A stretch of 64,000 nt of DNA from an uncultured Bacilli bacterium (GTDB lineage: Bacteria; Bacillota_I; Bacilli_A; RF39; UBA660). Position 1 is the stretch's first letter, and the number at the start of each line of letters is the position of its first letter. The notes under the pieces were generated by a model that was not told the origin of the DNA, ran no database searches, and saw only the letters and a program-made list of their open reading frames with translations. Shown one piece after another: positions 30,980-41,259 of this stretch. The stretch lies in assembly GCA_910587325.1 (NCBI GenBank), contig CAJUKB010000006.1:831-64830 (forward strand), written 5' to 3'. Position numbers and translations under genes: made by a program.

Positions 30980-33442
30980 TTATTTCGTATCTACTTCACC
31001 CATCATTTCTCTTTCAAGTTCAGTTGCTCTAATCCAAATTCTAAGTCTATTTTTAGAATCTATGTTAAGTAAAAACTCTCCTCTTCTTGCCGACATTAAA
31101 AAGTTCTTTTGAGTATCTGTAAGAGGATTTTGCTTAAATAACTCTAGATATGCAAGTAAATCATCTTCTTTAAGCATACCTATCATCTGATATTGACAGT
31201 TATTAAAAATAGCTGTTGCATGTCTTAAAATTGATTGACTTCCCACAAAATCTTTTACTGATTGAGTTGCAACTACGAGTGAGCCAGAATATTTTCTAAT
31301 TCTTCTTGCTAGTTGACCGAAGTTCCTTAAAACTTCAAAATTGTTTTCATCTATAAACAAATGAAATTCATCAGCAATTATCATTACATGTTTTCTATCT
31401 TCTACTTTTGCTTTATCATTTAATATCTTATTTGAAACAATACTATTATTTAAATATGTAAGAAGATTTAATGTTTGTGTGTTAATAAGTCTTTGATTTC
31501 CACTATACAATAATTCTTGTAGATTAAATGCAATTAAATCATTTTCTAAGTTAATTGTTGTATGTCCATCAAAAAGATATGAATCTGTTCCAGTCAAAAA
31601 TCTAGAAAGTAATATATCTAATTGTTCAATTATCTTTTCTTTTTCTTTACTCTTAATATCTTTCTTGTACTCTGGTAAGAATTCATATAACTCACTAAAT
31701 ATAGGATAATCTTCAGGTTTCATATTTTGTAGTGTATTAATAGATGTATTCTTAAAAATACCTTTTTTGTTATATAGACTTTCAACTATTGCAAGTAACA
31801 TAACTAATTCTTTTTCATTTATACTTTCAAATGCTGTCTTAAAGAATGCCTCTAGAAATCCTAGATGTTTTGCAAGTGGACAATCAGTTTCTTTAGTATC
31901 ATGATTTTCATCATCTGATGGAATAAATCTTATTTGTAATGGATTAATTATTCCTCCAGTTTTAGAATAAAGATCTATATATTCTCCATGATTTGCTTCT
32001 ACAATTCTCTTATACTCATTTTCGGCATCAAAAATAAATATTTTAGTACCTCTTCCATATTCATTTACAATCATCTTTTTCATGGTATAAGACTTTCCTC
32101 CACCTGTAGAAGAAATAATTGCCATATTGTGTGAAGTACGAGAGTTAGTTAAGATAAATGGATCGTAAAATATAGGTAAAGATGTATGAATATCTACACC
32201 AAACATGTATCCATTTGAATCATTAAAATATGTTTTAGTAAATGGAAAACCAGCACTTAATGTAAGTGTAGGAAGATAAAAACTATAGTCTTCAAAAGTC
32301 TTAGTTGATATATCATAACTTTGCCATGCTTCCATTTGTCTTAATCTTGGAACATCGAGTTTAATTTGATATGAATCAGCTATTCTTTTTAAATCTCTTA
32401 TTACTTCTTCTCTGTGTTTTCTATCTCCTTCAACAATTAATATTAAAGAGATTTCTTTAATCTTCTCATCACCATTTTTAATATCTTGCATTAAAGCTTG
32501 AAAGTTTTCTTTTTGAGTATCAAGTTCTGTAGCATCACTTAATTTCTTTGTAGTATTTCTATCAGTTAATAAAAACTGATATTGTGAGTTTACCCATCTT
32601 ATCAATTCTTCCTGTGTTATGCATTCTTGAATACTGATAGATGCTCTAACATCTGGATAGTTAAATATATCCTCAAAAAACAATTCTGATACAAATGGTG
32701 GAACATTTTTAACGGTTAATAACTGTAACTCTTTTTCATCGAATTTTAATTTATCCACTTTTTCGGATATATTCATAGGACATACTAAGCTAGGCAAATC
32801 GCTCCATACTAATTCATCTAAGGAATTAGATGTTAGATAAAGGTTTGATAAAAATTTGTAAATTTCCAATTTATTGGTAATACCTTCAATATATATTCTA
32901 GGAACAATATTTAAAGTAATATCCTCAAGTTCATCTAATTGTTTATTAAGTAATGCCGTATCTTTAGCAATTATTACCCAATAATAAATGCTTGAAACAG
33001 TAAAATTTTTTTCTTCCAAATCATCAATCAATTTTCTTGATTCTTCCAATAAGATTCTTTTATTTTCATCATTTGAATATTTTTCAATCTTTTTCTCTAA
33101 ATTAACTTTATTTACATTCAAGTTTAATTTTTCATTTAATTTATAACACTTCATATTCAAATTAGGTATTTGATATAAAGATTTTAGCATTGAAAAAAAT
33201 AAATTTTTTTCGTGATTACTTGTTAATGATAAGTCTATTGCTTTAACTTCAATTAAAGTAGCCACTTCACCAGATTTTAAATAAATTAATCCATCTTCTC
33301 CTATTTCTTTAATATTTGTTATAACTTTAGAATTTTTAATTCTTTTTTTCATTTGACCTTTGGATGAAAACTTTCTATTATTTTTAGTATCTAGTTTTTT
33401 AATTTTCTTTAGAACCTTTTCATCTTTAGTTTGTCTTTCCAA
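30980..33442 (-). CDS. Conjugal transfer ATPase, VirB4 family
   Basis: 820 aa. Walker A ISSTGGGKSYTMKKM. Walker B VMIIADEFHLF. Preceded by a small VirB3-like membrane protein gene. Confidence 0.8.
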   Translation of the reverse strand: MERQTKDEKVLKKIKKLDTKNNRKFSSKGQMKKRIKNSKVITNIKEIGEDGLIYLKSGEVATLIEVKAIDLSLTSNHEKNLFFSMLKSLYQIPNLNMKCYKLNEKLNLNVNKVNLEKKIEKYSNDENKRILLEESRKLIDDLEEKNFTVSSIYYWVIIAKDTALLNKQLDELEDITLNIVPRIYIEGITNKLEIYKFLSNLYLTSNSLDELVWSDLPSLVCPMNISEKVDKLKFDEKELQLLTVKNVPPFVSELFFEDIFNYPDVRASISIQECITQEELIRWVNSQYQFLLTDRNTTKKLSDATELDTQKENFQALMQDIKNGDEKIKEISLILIVEGDRKHREEVIRDLKRIADSYQIKLDVPRLRQMEAWQSYDISTKTFEDYSFYLPTLTLSAGFPFTKTYFNDSNGYMFGVDIHTSLPIFYDPFILTNSRTSHNMAIISSTGGGKSYTMKKMIVNEYGRGTKIFIFDAENEYKRIVEANHGEYIDLYSKTGGIINPLQIRFIPSDDENHDTKETDCPLAKHLGFLEAFFKTAFESINEKELVMLLAIVESLYNKKGIFKNTSINTLQNMKPEDYPIFSELYEFLPEYKKDIKSKEKEKIIEQLDILLSRFLTGTDSYLFDGHTTINLENDLIAFNLQELLYSGNQRLINTQTLNLLTYLNNSIVSNKILNDKAKVEDRKHVMIIADEFHLFIDENNFEVLRNFGQLARRIRKYSGSLVVATQSVKDFVGSQSILRHATAIFNNCQYQMIGMLKEDDLLAYLELFKQNPLTDTQKNFLMSARRGEFLLNIDSKNRLRIWIRATELEREMMGEVDTK

Positions 33443-33720
33443 TCAACATCATCTCCAATCTTTGAGTAGGAATATTCCCTACATCTAAATAAATATCGAA
33501 ACAATAAAGCTACTACTTTATACATTCGATTCTTTTTTGAAACCTTAACTGGTAACATTAAAAAGACACATATTGTCAGATATACTAACGATTGTAGCTT
33601 TAAGTTAGTAAATGAAAATATAAGTAGAAAAGAAAACAACATAGGTAATCCTATGTATAAATCATTCATTTCAACATATTTTCCTAATGTTTTTTTAATA
33701 CTTGAAACCGTAATATACAT
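33409..33720 (-). CDS. Small membrane protein (VirB3/TcpE-like)
   Basis: 103 aa, two hydrophobic helices. Overlaps the virB4 start. Confidence 0.4.
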   Translation of the reverse strand: MYITVSSIKKTLGKYVEMNDLYIGLPMLFSFLLIFSFTNLKLQSLVYLTICVFLMLPVKVSKKNRMYKVVALLFRYLFRCREYSYSKIGDDVDWKDKLKMKRF

Positions 33721-35126
33721 TATTCATCTCTCCCTCTATATCTTCTTCTATACATACTTCTTGTTGGTATTACACTGTTAACTGCTTGAGCCATTGAATT
33801 AGCACCTGCATTCATCATTCCAGATCCAAATCTAGAGAGTTTACTAGAAGTTGGTTTTCCATCTTTACCCATTGGATGATTTCTGACACAAGATGATGCT
33901 TGAAGATAATCTCCAACCATTTTAAGATTACTTCCAATTCCTCCACTTTCATAATTACCACCCATTTTAGATCCAAAAGATGATACAGCTTGTCCTACTT
34001 TTCCTAATGCAGAATTTCCAACACTACCAGCTTTTGATGTTCCTTTGGCAATTGCTCCAGCTCCCATTAATCCTGCTCCTACAGTTGCAAGACCTCCTGT
34101 TGTTGCTACAGCACCCATGCTGTGTCCAAATCCCATCATAGCCATAAGTTGCTCTCTACCAGAGTTAGCTGATACATTTCCACCTATGAATCTATTTACA
34201 ACTTGTGATCCAGTAAGTAAGAATGAGCCACAGCCAATATACATAATAGATTTAATAATTATATCCTTAAACGAATTAGTAAAGAATGTTGTTTCATTTA
34301 TTTGACCCATTACTATTGCTGTAAGAGATATAATAAGCATTATTACTGCACCTTGTAACATTAGTGATACTAATTGTTGTACCACTGCACTTCTTCTTTC
34401 TTTATTTCCTACTGATGTAGCAAAAATAATAGGACTAATCACAAATAAGAATAAAAATTCAATTTGCCTTCTAGCCAACATCATTCCACAAAAGAACAGT
34501 GAGTATAAAAAGAAACCACCTACAATAACAGCTAGAATCCAATCAATCTCATATTTATAATCTTTTTCATCTGGTAAAATCCATCTAGAAGATGTTACAT
34601 ATTTATCATTGTACATTTTCTTCCCATTAAAATTACCATTAGATATATTTTTAGGAATATCTTCTTTTTTAAATTCATCAGAATCTTTATAACCATCTGA
34701 ATAATCAATAAACATAGTAAGCATAGAGTCAGATAATGTTACATTATTACTTGTAAAAATATTAGAAGTAAATCCTGCAAGTTTTATAGAAAAGGTCGAT
34801 GCTTGAACAAATAAAAATGTACTCATAATAATAAGTACACCACACTTTGCTATTTCTTTTACTATACCTTCAGAGCTTAACCCTTCATCTGGATCAATAA
34901 TCTTTTTTACAAATCGAGTTATTGCAAATAAGCCTAATAAAGTAACAGCTATGGCAATTACTCCAGTTTGAAATTTACTAAAATTGTTATCTCCAGATAC
35001 TGAATTAATAATATCAAAAGCATTTAATCCTTTTAAAATATCAAATAAAGAATCAATCAGTGAAAATATAAAGTGAACTAAACTCCAACCTAATGTTCTT
35101 AACAAATCTAATGCTTTTAATAACAT
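33720..35126 (-). CDS. Polytopic membrane protein, VirB6/TrbL-like, with a Gly/Ser-rich C-terminal tail
   Basis: 468 aa, ~6 TM helices, C-terminal low-complexity G/A/S region. Position within the T4SS operon. Confidence 0.5.
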   Translation of the reverse strand: MLLKALDLLRTLGWSLVHFIFSLIDSLFDILKGLNAFDIINSVSGDNNFSKFQTGVIAIAVTLLGLFAITRFVKKIIDPDEGLSSEGIVKEIAKCGVLIIMSTFLFVQASTFSIKLAGFTSNIFTSNNVTLSDSMLTMFIDYSDGYKDSDEFKKEDIPKNISNGNFNGKKMYNDKYVTSSRWILPDEKDYKYEIDWILAVIVGGFFLYSLFFCGMMLARRQIEFLFLFVISPIIFATSVGNKERRSAVVQQLVSLMLQGAVIMLIISLTAIVMGQINETTFFTNSFKDIIIKSIMYIGCGSFLLTGSQVVNRFIGGNVSANSGREQLMAMMGFGHSMGAVATTGGLATVGAGLMGAGAIAKGTSKAGSVGNSALGKVGQAVSSFGSKMGGNYESGGIGSNLKMVGDYLQASSCVRNHPMGKDGKPTSSKLSRFGSGMMNAGANSMAQAVNSVIPTRSMYRRRYRGRDE

Positions 35127-35137
35127 TTAACCACCTC

Positions 35138-35416
35138 CTAGAACAAATCTATGATTAGATTGACTATTGAAATTGCAAGAATAATACCAACAATACCAAA
35201 CATAGTTTGAATTATTCTTTGTTTTACTCTAGGTTTTTGATCCACATCTACTACTGCATATAAAATAAAGCCAATAATTAATGATACACCTGCTGCTGCA
35301 ATTCCAATTCTTAAAGCCCATGTAGAAAATGTTTGTATAGCTTTGATAATTGAATCAACATTATATCCGCCACCTTCAAGATGTTCTATTTTTAATAAAT
35401 TAACCAATTTATTCAT
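35138..35416 (-). CDS. Small membrane protein (putative VirB2-like pilin/TcpD-like)
   Basis: 92 aa, two hydrophobic helices (IGIAAAGVSLIIGFILYAVV / FGIVGIILAISIVNLII). Confidence 0.35.
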   Translation of the reverse strand: MNKLVNLLKIEHLEGGGYNVDSIIKAIQTFSTWALRIGIAAAGVSLIIGFILYAVVDVDQKPRVKQRIIQTMFGIVGIILAISIVNLIIDLF

Positions 35417-35530
35417 TCTATCTCCTCCTTAAAAAAATAAATGAAAAAGAACAAAGAAGGTGTGTTAAAATAACTATATGAGTTATTTGCTGACAGGCAT
35501 TAACTCTTTTTCTTTGCTCTTTTCTCATAA

Positions 35531-35899
35531 TTACATATCTAAATCATCATCTGATTTTTCATTATCAGAATCTTTTTCTTTAGCTGTTGATAAAAAAGTC
35601 ACTTTTTCAGCTACAATTTGAGTTGATTTTTTCTTTTCACCATCAGCATTTTCATAAATATTAGTTTCAACTTTGCCTTTTACTCCAACTAAATCACCTT
35701 TTTTACAGTATTCTGCTGTATTAGAAGCAACTCCACCCCAAAGGACACAATCAACAAAATCTGTTTCATATTCTCCTTCAGCATTCTTGTAGCTTCTTGG
35801 AACTGCTAAAGTAACAAAAGCTCTTTCTTTACCTGATTCTGTTTTTTCAACAGTAGGTTCTTGAACTAATCTTCCGACAATAACAACTTGATTCAACAT
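35531..35899 (-). CDS. ssb: Single-stranded DNA-binding protein
   Basis: OB-fold N-terminus MLNQVVIVGRLVQEPTV...RAFVTLAV. Acidic C-terminal tail ...SDDDLDM. Confidence 0.8.
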   Translation of the reverse strand: MLNQVVIVGRLVQEPTVEKTESGKERAFVTLAVPRSYKNAEGEYETDFVDCVLWGGVASNTAEYCKKGDLVGVKGKVETNIYENADGEKKKSTQIVAEKVTFLSTAKEKDSDNEKSDDDLDM

Positions 35900-35986
35900 T
35901 ATTTCACCTCCTTGTCTTTTTGAATTTTAATATTTTATCTTTGTATACCTATAAAACCACCACCTTTCATGTGAAAAAAATAAGGC

Positions 35987-36208
35987 TCATTTGCCTCTTT
36001 CATCTGCATCACATAGTTGCACAATTGAATCCTCTATTTTTTCCCATAAAGTATCTAGATAGTCATAACACTTTTGAAAATTTTTAAATTCTTTAGAATC
36101 TAAATATTCCTTGAATGAATCCATATCAGATAAAACTAATCCAATATGTTCTTGAAATTCACTCATTGCCTCGACTTCTAACATTTTTAATTCTTCAAGC
36201 TTCTTCAC
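35987..36208 (-). CDS. Hypothetical protein
   Basis: 73-aa acidic ORF. Confidence 0.3.
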   Translation of the reverse strand: MKKLEELKMLEVEAMSEFQEHIGLVLSDMDSFKEYLDSKEFKNFQKCYDYLDTLWEKIEDSIVQLCDADERGK

Positions 36209-36966
36209 AAATCAATCTCCTCCATTTCATAATCATCTAACCAATCAAATTTATCATCAGAGTAAAGATCTTCTGAATAATTTTTAAATTTATTAATATT
36301 AGAAATAATTGAACTTTTAAAATAACCATATTTATTTTTAATTTCATTATCATTCTCATCAATAAAATTTCTTTCCTTTACTCTTTTGATAATATAATGT
36401 GTTATAGTTAATAAATCTTTATAAGTATTACCTTCATCAATAAGTTTTTCAAACAAATCATCAAATAAAAAAGAACTAGAATCATCTTCATTAATATAAT
36501 TAAGATTTATTAGCTCTTTAGTTAAAATATTGTGTTCAATTTTTGTTTTATCTATTTTATCTTTTTTATTATTGATATTTATTTGTGTGCAGTTATCGGT
36601 GTTCCGATCATCGGTATGCCAATTATTGATATCTGGATAATTTCTTGTTTTTAGCCATTCTGAATAAGGTAAATAATAAACCATATATTTATATTTAAAA
36701 TATCCTTTTTCATCTCTATACTGCTTTATTTGAACATATTCTGCCTTTTTTAATTCATTTAAAGTTGTCCTAATAGCATATTTACCTTCTTGTGATATTT
36801 TTTCAAGTCCACTTATAGAGTAATCCCAATCTTTAGACATAGATAACATCATAGAAAGCAAACCTTTAGCTTTAAATGATAAATTAGAATCCCTTAAATG
36901 ATAGTTTGACATAACAGTATATCCAGTAATACCAAAAACCTCAAAATCTCTTGTACTATCATTCAT
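36205..36966 (-). CDS. Possible RepA_N-like replication initiator / DNA-binding protein
   Basis: The N-terminal 90 aa (YHLRDSNLSFKAKGLLSMMLSMSKDWDYSISGLEKISQEGKYAIRTTLNELKKAEYV) resemble the winged-helix RepA_N domain pattern. The rest is low complexity. Confidence 0.35.
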   Translation of the reverse strand: MNDSTRDFEVFGITGYTVMSNYHLRDSNLSFKAKGLLSMMLSMSKDWDYSISGLEKISQEGKYAIRTTLNELKKAEYVQIKQYRDEKGYFKYKYMVYYLPYSEWLKTRNYPDINNWHTDDRNTDNCTQININNKKDKIDKTKIEHNILTKELINLNYINEDDSSSFLFDDLFEKLIDEGNTYKDLLTITHYIIKRVKERNFIDENDNEIKNKYGYFKSSIISNINKFKNYSEDLYSDDKFDWLDDYEMEEIDL

Positions 36967-36992
36967 ATTTCATTCCTCCAAAATAAAAAGAG

Positions 36993-37484
36993 CTATTGCT
37001 CTTCATCTTCATAATCAACTTCTACATAATACTTTATATCTTCATAATCACGATGGCTACCATCAGATGGATGGATTATTTCATCTAATCTGAAATATAT
37101 TTCCTTAATAATATCAGTAAGAACATCTTTATTAGACCAATAATTATACTCATGTAATAACATAGCATATGAATATAAATGCATATCATTATTCCAAACT
37201 TGTTTAATTAGTCTATTCCGATCAATGTATTCTAATGGCTTTAAATTATAATCATTTTTAGATACATCTAAAGTAGACTCATGATATGGTACTCCTTCTG
37301 AAAAACAAAATAACCAATCAATAAGTTCATTTACTTCTTTACTTGTACTATCAAATTCTTGCATAAGATAAGACATTCTATTAATAAATATAATTCTTTT
37401 TTTATTTGTTTTATCTACTTTTCCTTTAGAATAATCAAAACACCTTTCCATAATCCACCTCTTACATTTAATTATATCAGTCAT
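36993..37484 (-). CDS. Hypothetical protein
   Basis: 163-aa ORF, no motifs. Confidence 0.35.
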   Translation of the reverse strand: MTDIIKCKRWIMERCFDYSKGKVDKTNKKRIIFINRMSYLMQEFDSTSKEVNELIDWLFCFSEGVPYHESTLDVSKNDYNLKPLEYIDRNRLIKQVWNNDMHLYSYAMLLHEYNYWSNKDVLTDIIKEIYFRLDEIIHPSDGSHRDYEDIKYYVEVDYEDEEQ

Positions 37485-37513
37485 ATTGTATAAAGTTAAC
37501 TTTGTGAAAAATA

Positions 37514-37834
37514 TTACTGTTTTATAATATCTTCAATTTTTAGTGGTGATTCACTCGTTATCTTTAACTCGTATGTTTCTTCTAATATCTTCTTTACTAA
37601 TTCAAAATCACAGTCAGCATTTGTAAATTGTGATAAATCATCTATAGCTGTACTTACTTGATTAGAAAACGATTGTTGCCACATTGCATTACCTCTAAAA
37701 TATACTGCTATATGAAAAGCAATATATTGATTAAAAAAACTGTCTTTAACATAATTAGTTACCATTTCTTCACAAGGAGCAACAACTCTGAAAAATTCCT
37801 CATCTGATACTTCATCCATATCCGTCCTAATCAT
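37514..37834 (-). CDS. Hypothetical protein
   Basis: 106-aa ORF, no motifs. Confidence 0.35.
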   Translation of the reverse strand: MIRTDMDEVSDEEFFRVVAPCEEMVTNYVKDSFFNQYIAFHIAVYFRGNAMWQQSFSNQVSTAIDDLSQFTNADCDFELVKKILEETYELKITSESPLKIEDIIKQ

Positions 37835-37897
37835 ATTGCACCTCCATGATTTTAATTATAAAAAATATTATTTTAAAAGAAAAAGGTGCTACAAACT

Positions 37898-38518
37898 TTA
37901 AGACTCTAATTCACAAATTATTACTATTTGCTTTTTAGTATTATGTCTACAAGTAATTAATGTAAGTGTGCTTTTGTTTTTATCTCTAATTATTTCTGCT
38001 TTACCAGTTTTCTCTATATCATAGATATCAGTTACTTTATATGAATATACTTTATTATTATAATTAATATAAACCATGTCTTCTAAAGTTAACTTATCTA
38101 GGTTTCTAAAATAAGATATTCTTGCACTACCAGAATGTCCAGCCAAAATGACATTTCCATTTTTTTGATCAGGCATCGAAGATCCTTTTACGATTTCTAC
38201 ATTGTAATTAATATTGTTTAAATAACTATTTGGATTTACTAGACCTCTTTCTAAATTAATTTTAGGGATTTTAAGTACAGCAATATATTCTATTTTTGTT
38301 TGCTCTTTCACTTCTTCTTTTTCTTGAGTATCTTCAGTAAAATTTTCAATATTGACCACTGTTTCATTTTTGTAAAAATCATTTAAAGCATTATCCTCTA
38401 TATCTTTAATGTTTTTATTAGATAAGTAATCGTAACTAATTAAAGAGACTCCTATTAAAAATAGGAAAGAGCCGATTACTATAAACCAGCTCTTATTTTT
38501 TATTTTTCTTTTTACCAT
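37898..38518 (-). CDS. Sortase (cysteine transpeptidase)
   Basis: N-terminal TM anchor. His motif ILAGHSG. Catalytic TLxTC motif (STLTLITCRHN). Its start overlaps the adhesin stop by 26 nt. Confidence 0.8.
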   Translation of the reverse strand: MVKRKIKNKSWFIVIGSFLFLIGVSLISYDYLSNKNIKDIEDNALNDFYKNETVVNIENFTEDTQEKEEVKEQTKIEYIAVLKIPKINLERGLVNPNSYLNNINYNVEIVKGSSMPDQKNGNVILAGHSGSARISYFRNLDKLTLEDMVYINYNNKVYSYKVTDIYDIEKTGKAEIIRDKNKSTLTLITCRHNTKKQIVIICELES

Positions 38519-41207
38519 ATATAATAATACCTGTTCCTAAAGCAATCAAACCAATTCCACTAATTAAAAGTTCTTTATAATCAGATGCATCGGTATTTGG
38601 TACTTCTACAATTTGATGGTCTTTCATAACAGATTTAACTATTTCTCCATCTTCTTTAATTTCAAAATACATTTTTTCTGGATTTATCTCATAGCCTTCT
38701 GGTGCTTCTTTTTCTAAAATATAATACTTACCATACTTTAATTCTTTAATAGTAATCTTTCCATTTTCATCAGTTCTTCCACTAAATACAAGTTCATCGT
38801 TTTCGTTATAGATTTCTATTAGTGTATTTGGTAATGGATTATCATTTGAAAAATCTAATTTTGAAAATTCTAATGTCCCAGTAATGTCCTCATCTTTCAT
38901 AGTTGATTTAACTATTTCTCCATTTTCTTTAATTTCAAAGTACATTTTTTCTTCATTAATTTTATAACCCTCTGGTGCTTCTTTTTCCAAAATATAGTAT
39001 TTTCCTACAGGTAATTCATCAATAACTATTTTTCCTTCAATATCTGTTTTACCAGAGAATATTAGCTCATCAGTTTCAGTATAAATCTCAATTAAAGTGT
39101 TAGGTAATGCCTTTGATTCTGATAAATCAGTCTTAGTAAATTCTAATTTACCCTTCTTTAAATAATTAACTTTGCTTAATGTTTCATATACTATTGGAGT
39201 TTTATTATCTTTTTCAGTTAATTTAAACTCATGTCTAGTTATATCTAATACATAATTATCTTTAGTTTTCACTTCAATCATATAGTAAGATCCTAAAGGT
39301 AATTTTTTACTTATAGCATAACCATCTTTATTTGTAGTAATAGTATCTACTAATTGATCTTTTTTATAATATAAAGTATTGCCATCAGATGATAATATAT
39401 CTTCTTTAGCATAGATATTAAATGTTACTTTATCTAAAGGAATAAATTCATATTCAATTGTATTATCTACAATAACTACCTTCTCACCTTTTTTATTAAC
39501 TTCAATTTGTCCTTTTATTGGAGTATCTTTAAATGTTACCTCAACAATTGCTCCATAAGTAGTATAAGTATAATGAGTATCATTGCCTAAAGTGAATTCT
39601 ACTCCATCAGCATTTATTAGATATCCTTTTGGTGATGTAATTTCTACAATTTTATAATGTCCTGCTTCTAATTTTAAGAAAGTCATGGATTTACCTGTTT
39701 CATCAGTTACAAATTTATCATATACTTTTCCACCTACATATTGAGATACATATTGATTAGTATCTGTATTTAATATTCTAAATGTGGTATTAGGTAATGC
39801 AATAGATTTACCTGTCTCAGAATCTACCTTTTTTATTTGAACATAAGCAGATAATTTATTATTAAGAATATTATAATAGTGTTCTTTTGGGCTATCGTAA
39901 TTTACTGTTATATAGAAATCATGAATTTTTTCAAATCCAACAGTTGTATTTACTTGATGAAATTTCCAAGTACCATACGCTAAATCAAAAGAAGCATAGC
40001 CACTTTTATCAGTAGTAACAGTTTTTAGTACTCTTCCATCTGGATAAGATATTTCAAATTTGATTCCCTGTTCAGCATTTAAGAAAGTAGTATTTCCATC
40101 TACATACTCATATTGTTTTAAGATGCTTATATGATTTTCAACTACATCTTCAGTAACATTCATTGAAACTTCTGCTCTACCTTTAATATCAAAATTATAT
40201 TTAGTTGTATCTAAATAATAACCTTCTGATGGACTTATCTCTTGTAAGTAATAAGATCCATAACTCAATACATTGTTACTTTTAGCATAACCATTTTCAT
40301 CAGTAGTAATTCTAGTTACTTCAGTACCATCAGTTCTATATACACCATATACAGCTCCCTTTAAAGTTGCTTGTCCTTGTGCTTTCTCAGTAATACTATC
40401 TGCTTTTACCATATCTACACTTCCTAAATAAGCCTTTACTTTAAAACTTGCTACAACTGGATCTACAGTACCTGGTACAATCATATTTTGAATTTCATTT
40501 CCAGAATAAATTTTATATTCACTATCGTATGGCATTATTTTAGTAAGTCTAACATTTATATCACCATTTATTGTTGGAGTAATATTTAATTTATTACCTT
40601 CTACAGAATAATTTGCTCCTGTAACTGAAACATTATAATTACTTAATACATTATTTGTATCAGTAAGAGTAAATGTTTCTCCAACTTGATATGTATAATT
40701 TCCACCATTAAATGATGGTTTAACATAATGATTAGCAATTAATCTTTCTATCTCTCTTTCTTCATTAGAAACATCAAATCTAGTTCCAGCTCCCCATCTT
40801 TCTGTAGAAAAATCTGTATGACCATTATGTCCTACAATCGTACTCCATAAAAGACCTTGTGTAGCTGCTCTATATTTTAATGTATTATGTCCTGGATATG
40901 TATAACCATAATATGCTAGTAAAAGAACCCTTTCTTTAATATCATTTGGTAGTCCTGTGGCTTCATAACTTGTTTGAGGATAAGTTGTACCTTCAGGAAC
41001 ATTTGGTTCAATACAGTAAGCTATTTTCCCATCCATAGTATACAATTGCCAGTACCATGAAGAATTATTACCAACATCATTAAATCTATTATAATAATAT
41101 CCAGATTTTTCTTTTACTAAAGTTGCAGCATGTACATTAGTTGTAGTAAATCCACAAGCTAACAATAATGCTACAGCAAATAAAATTCTCTTAATGTTTT
41201 TTTGCAT
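38493..41207 (-). CDS. ICE-encoded surface adhesin: signal peptide, thioester domain (YCIEP...TQGLLW), multiple Cna-B repeats, VPNTD sorting-like signal + TM + KKKNKK
   Basis: 904 aa. Paralogous to the 416..2527 protein, with clear C-terminal identity (LPN(T/V)LIEIYNE...TDENGKI). Thioester Cys/Gln signature. Probable substrate of the adjacent sortase. Confidence 0.75.
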   Translation of the reverse strand: MQKNIKRILFAVALLLACGFTTTNVHAATLVKEKSGYYYNRFNDVGNNSSWYWQLYTMDGKIAYCIEPNVPEGTTYPQTSYEATGLPNDIKERVLLLAYYGYTYPGHNTLKYRAATQGLLWSTIVGHNGHTDFSTERWGAGTRFDVSNEEREIERLIANHYVKPSFNGGNYTYQVGETFTLTDTNNVLSNYNVSVTGANYSVEGNKLNITPTINGDINVRLTKIMPYDSEYKIYSGNEIQNMIVPGTVDPVVASFKVKAYLGSVDMVKADSITEKAQGQATLKGAVYGVYRTDGTEVTRITTDENGYAKSNNVLSYGSYYLQEISPSEGYYLDTTKYNFDIKGRAEVSMNVTEDVVENHISILKQYEYVDGNTTFLNAEQGIKFEISYPDGRVLKTVTTDKSGYASFDLAYGTWKFHQVNTTVGFEKIHDFYITVNYDSPKEHYYNILNNKLSAYVQIKKVDSETGKSIALPNTTFRILNTDTNQYVSQYVGGKVYDKFVTDETGKSMTFLKLEAGHYKIVEITSPKGYLINADGVEFTLGNDTHYTYTTYGAIVEVTFKDTPIKGQIEVNKKGEKVVIVDNTIEYEFIPLDKVTFNIYAKEDILSSDGNTLYYKKDQLVDTITTNKDGYAISKKLPLGSYYMIEVKTKDNYVLDITRHEFKLTEKDNKTPIVYETLSKVNYLKKGKLEFTKTDLSESKALPNTLIEIYTETDELIFSGKTDIEGKIVIDELPVGKYYILEKEAPEGYKINEEKMYFEIKENGEIVKSTMKDEDITGTLEFSKLDFSNDNPLPNTLIEIYNENDELVFSGRTDENGKITIKELKYGKYYILEKEAPEGYEINPEKMYFEIKEDGEIVKSVMKDHQIVEVPNTDASDYKELLISGIGLIALGTGIIIYGKKKNKK

Positions 41208-41259
41208 TTTTTCCTCCTATATTAATTCATAAAAAAACACCATTTAAGGTGCTAAAAAA

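Noticed and set aside
34045-34305. 86-aa plus-strand ORF inside the VirB6-like gene
   Set aside because: Antisense to the Gly-rich tail region (translates as Pro/Ala-rich). An artefact.
33440-35126. Possible CRISPR or other tandem repeats in the Gly-rich coding stretch
   Set aside because: The repetition is codon-level low complexity of a Gly/Ala/Ser-rich protein tail. No spacer-repeat periodicity.
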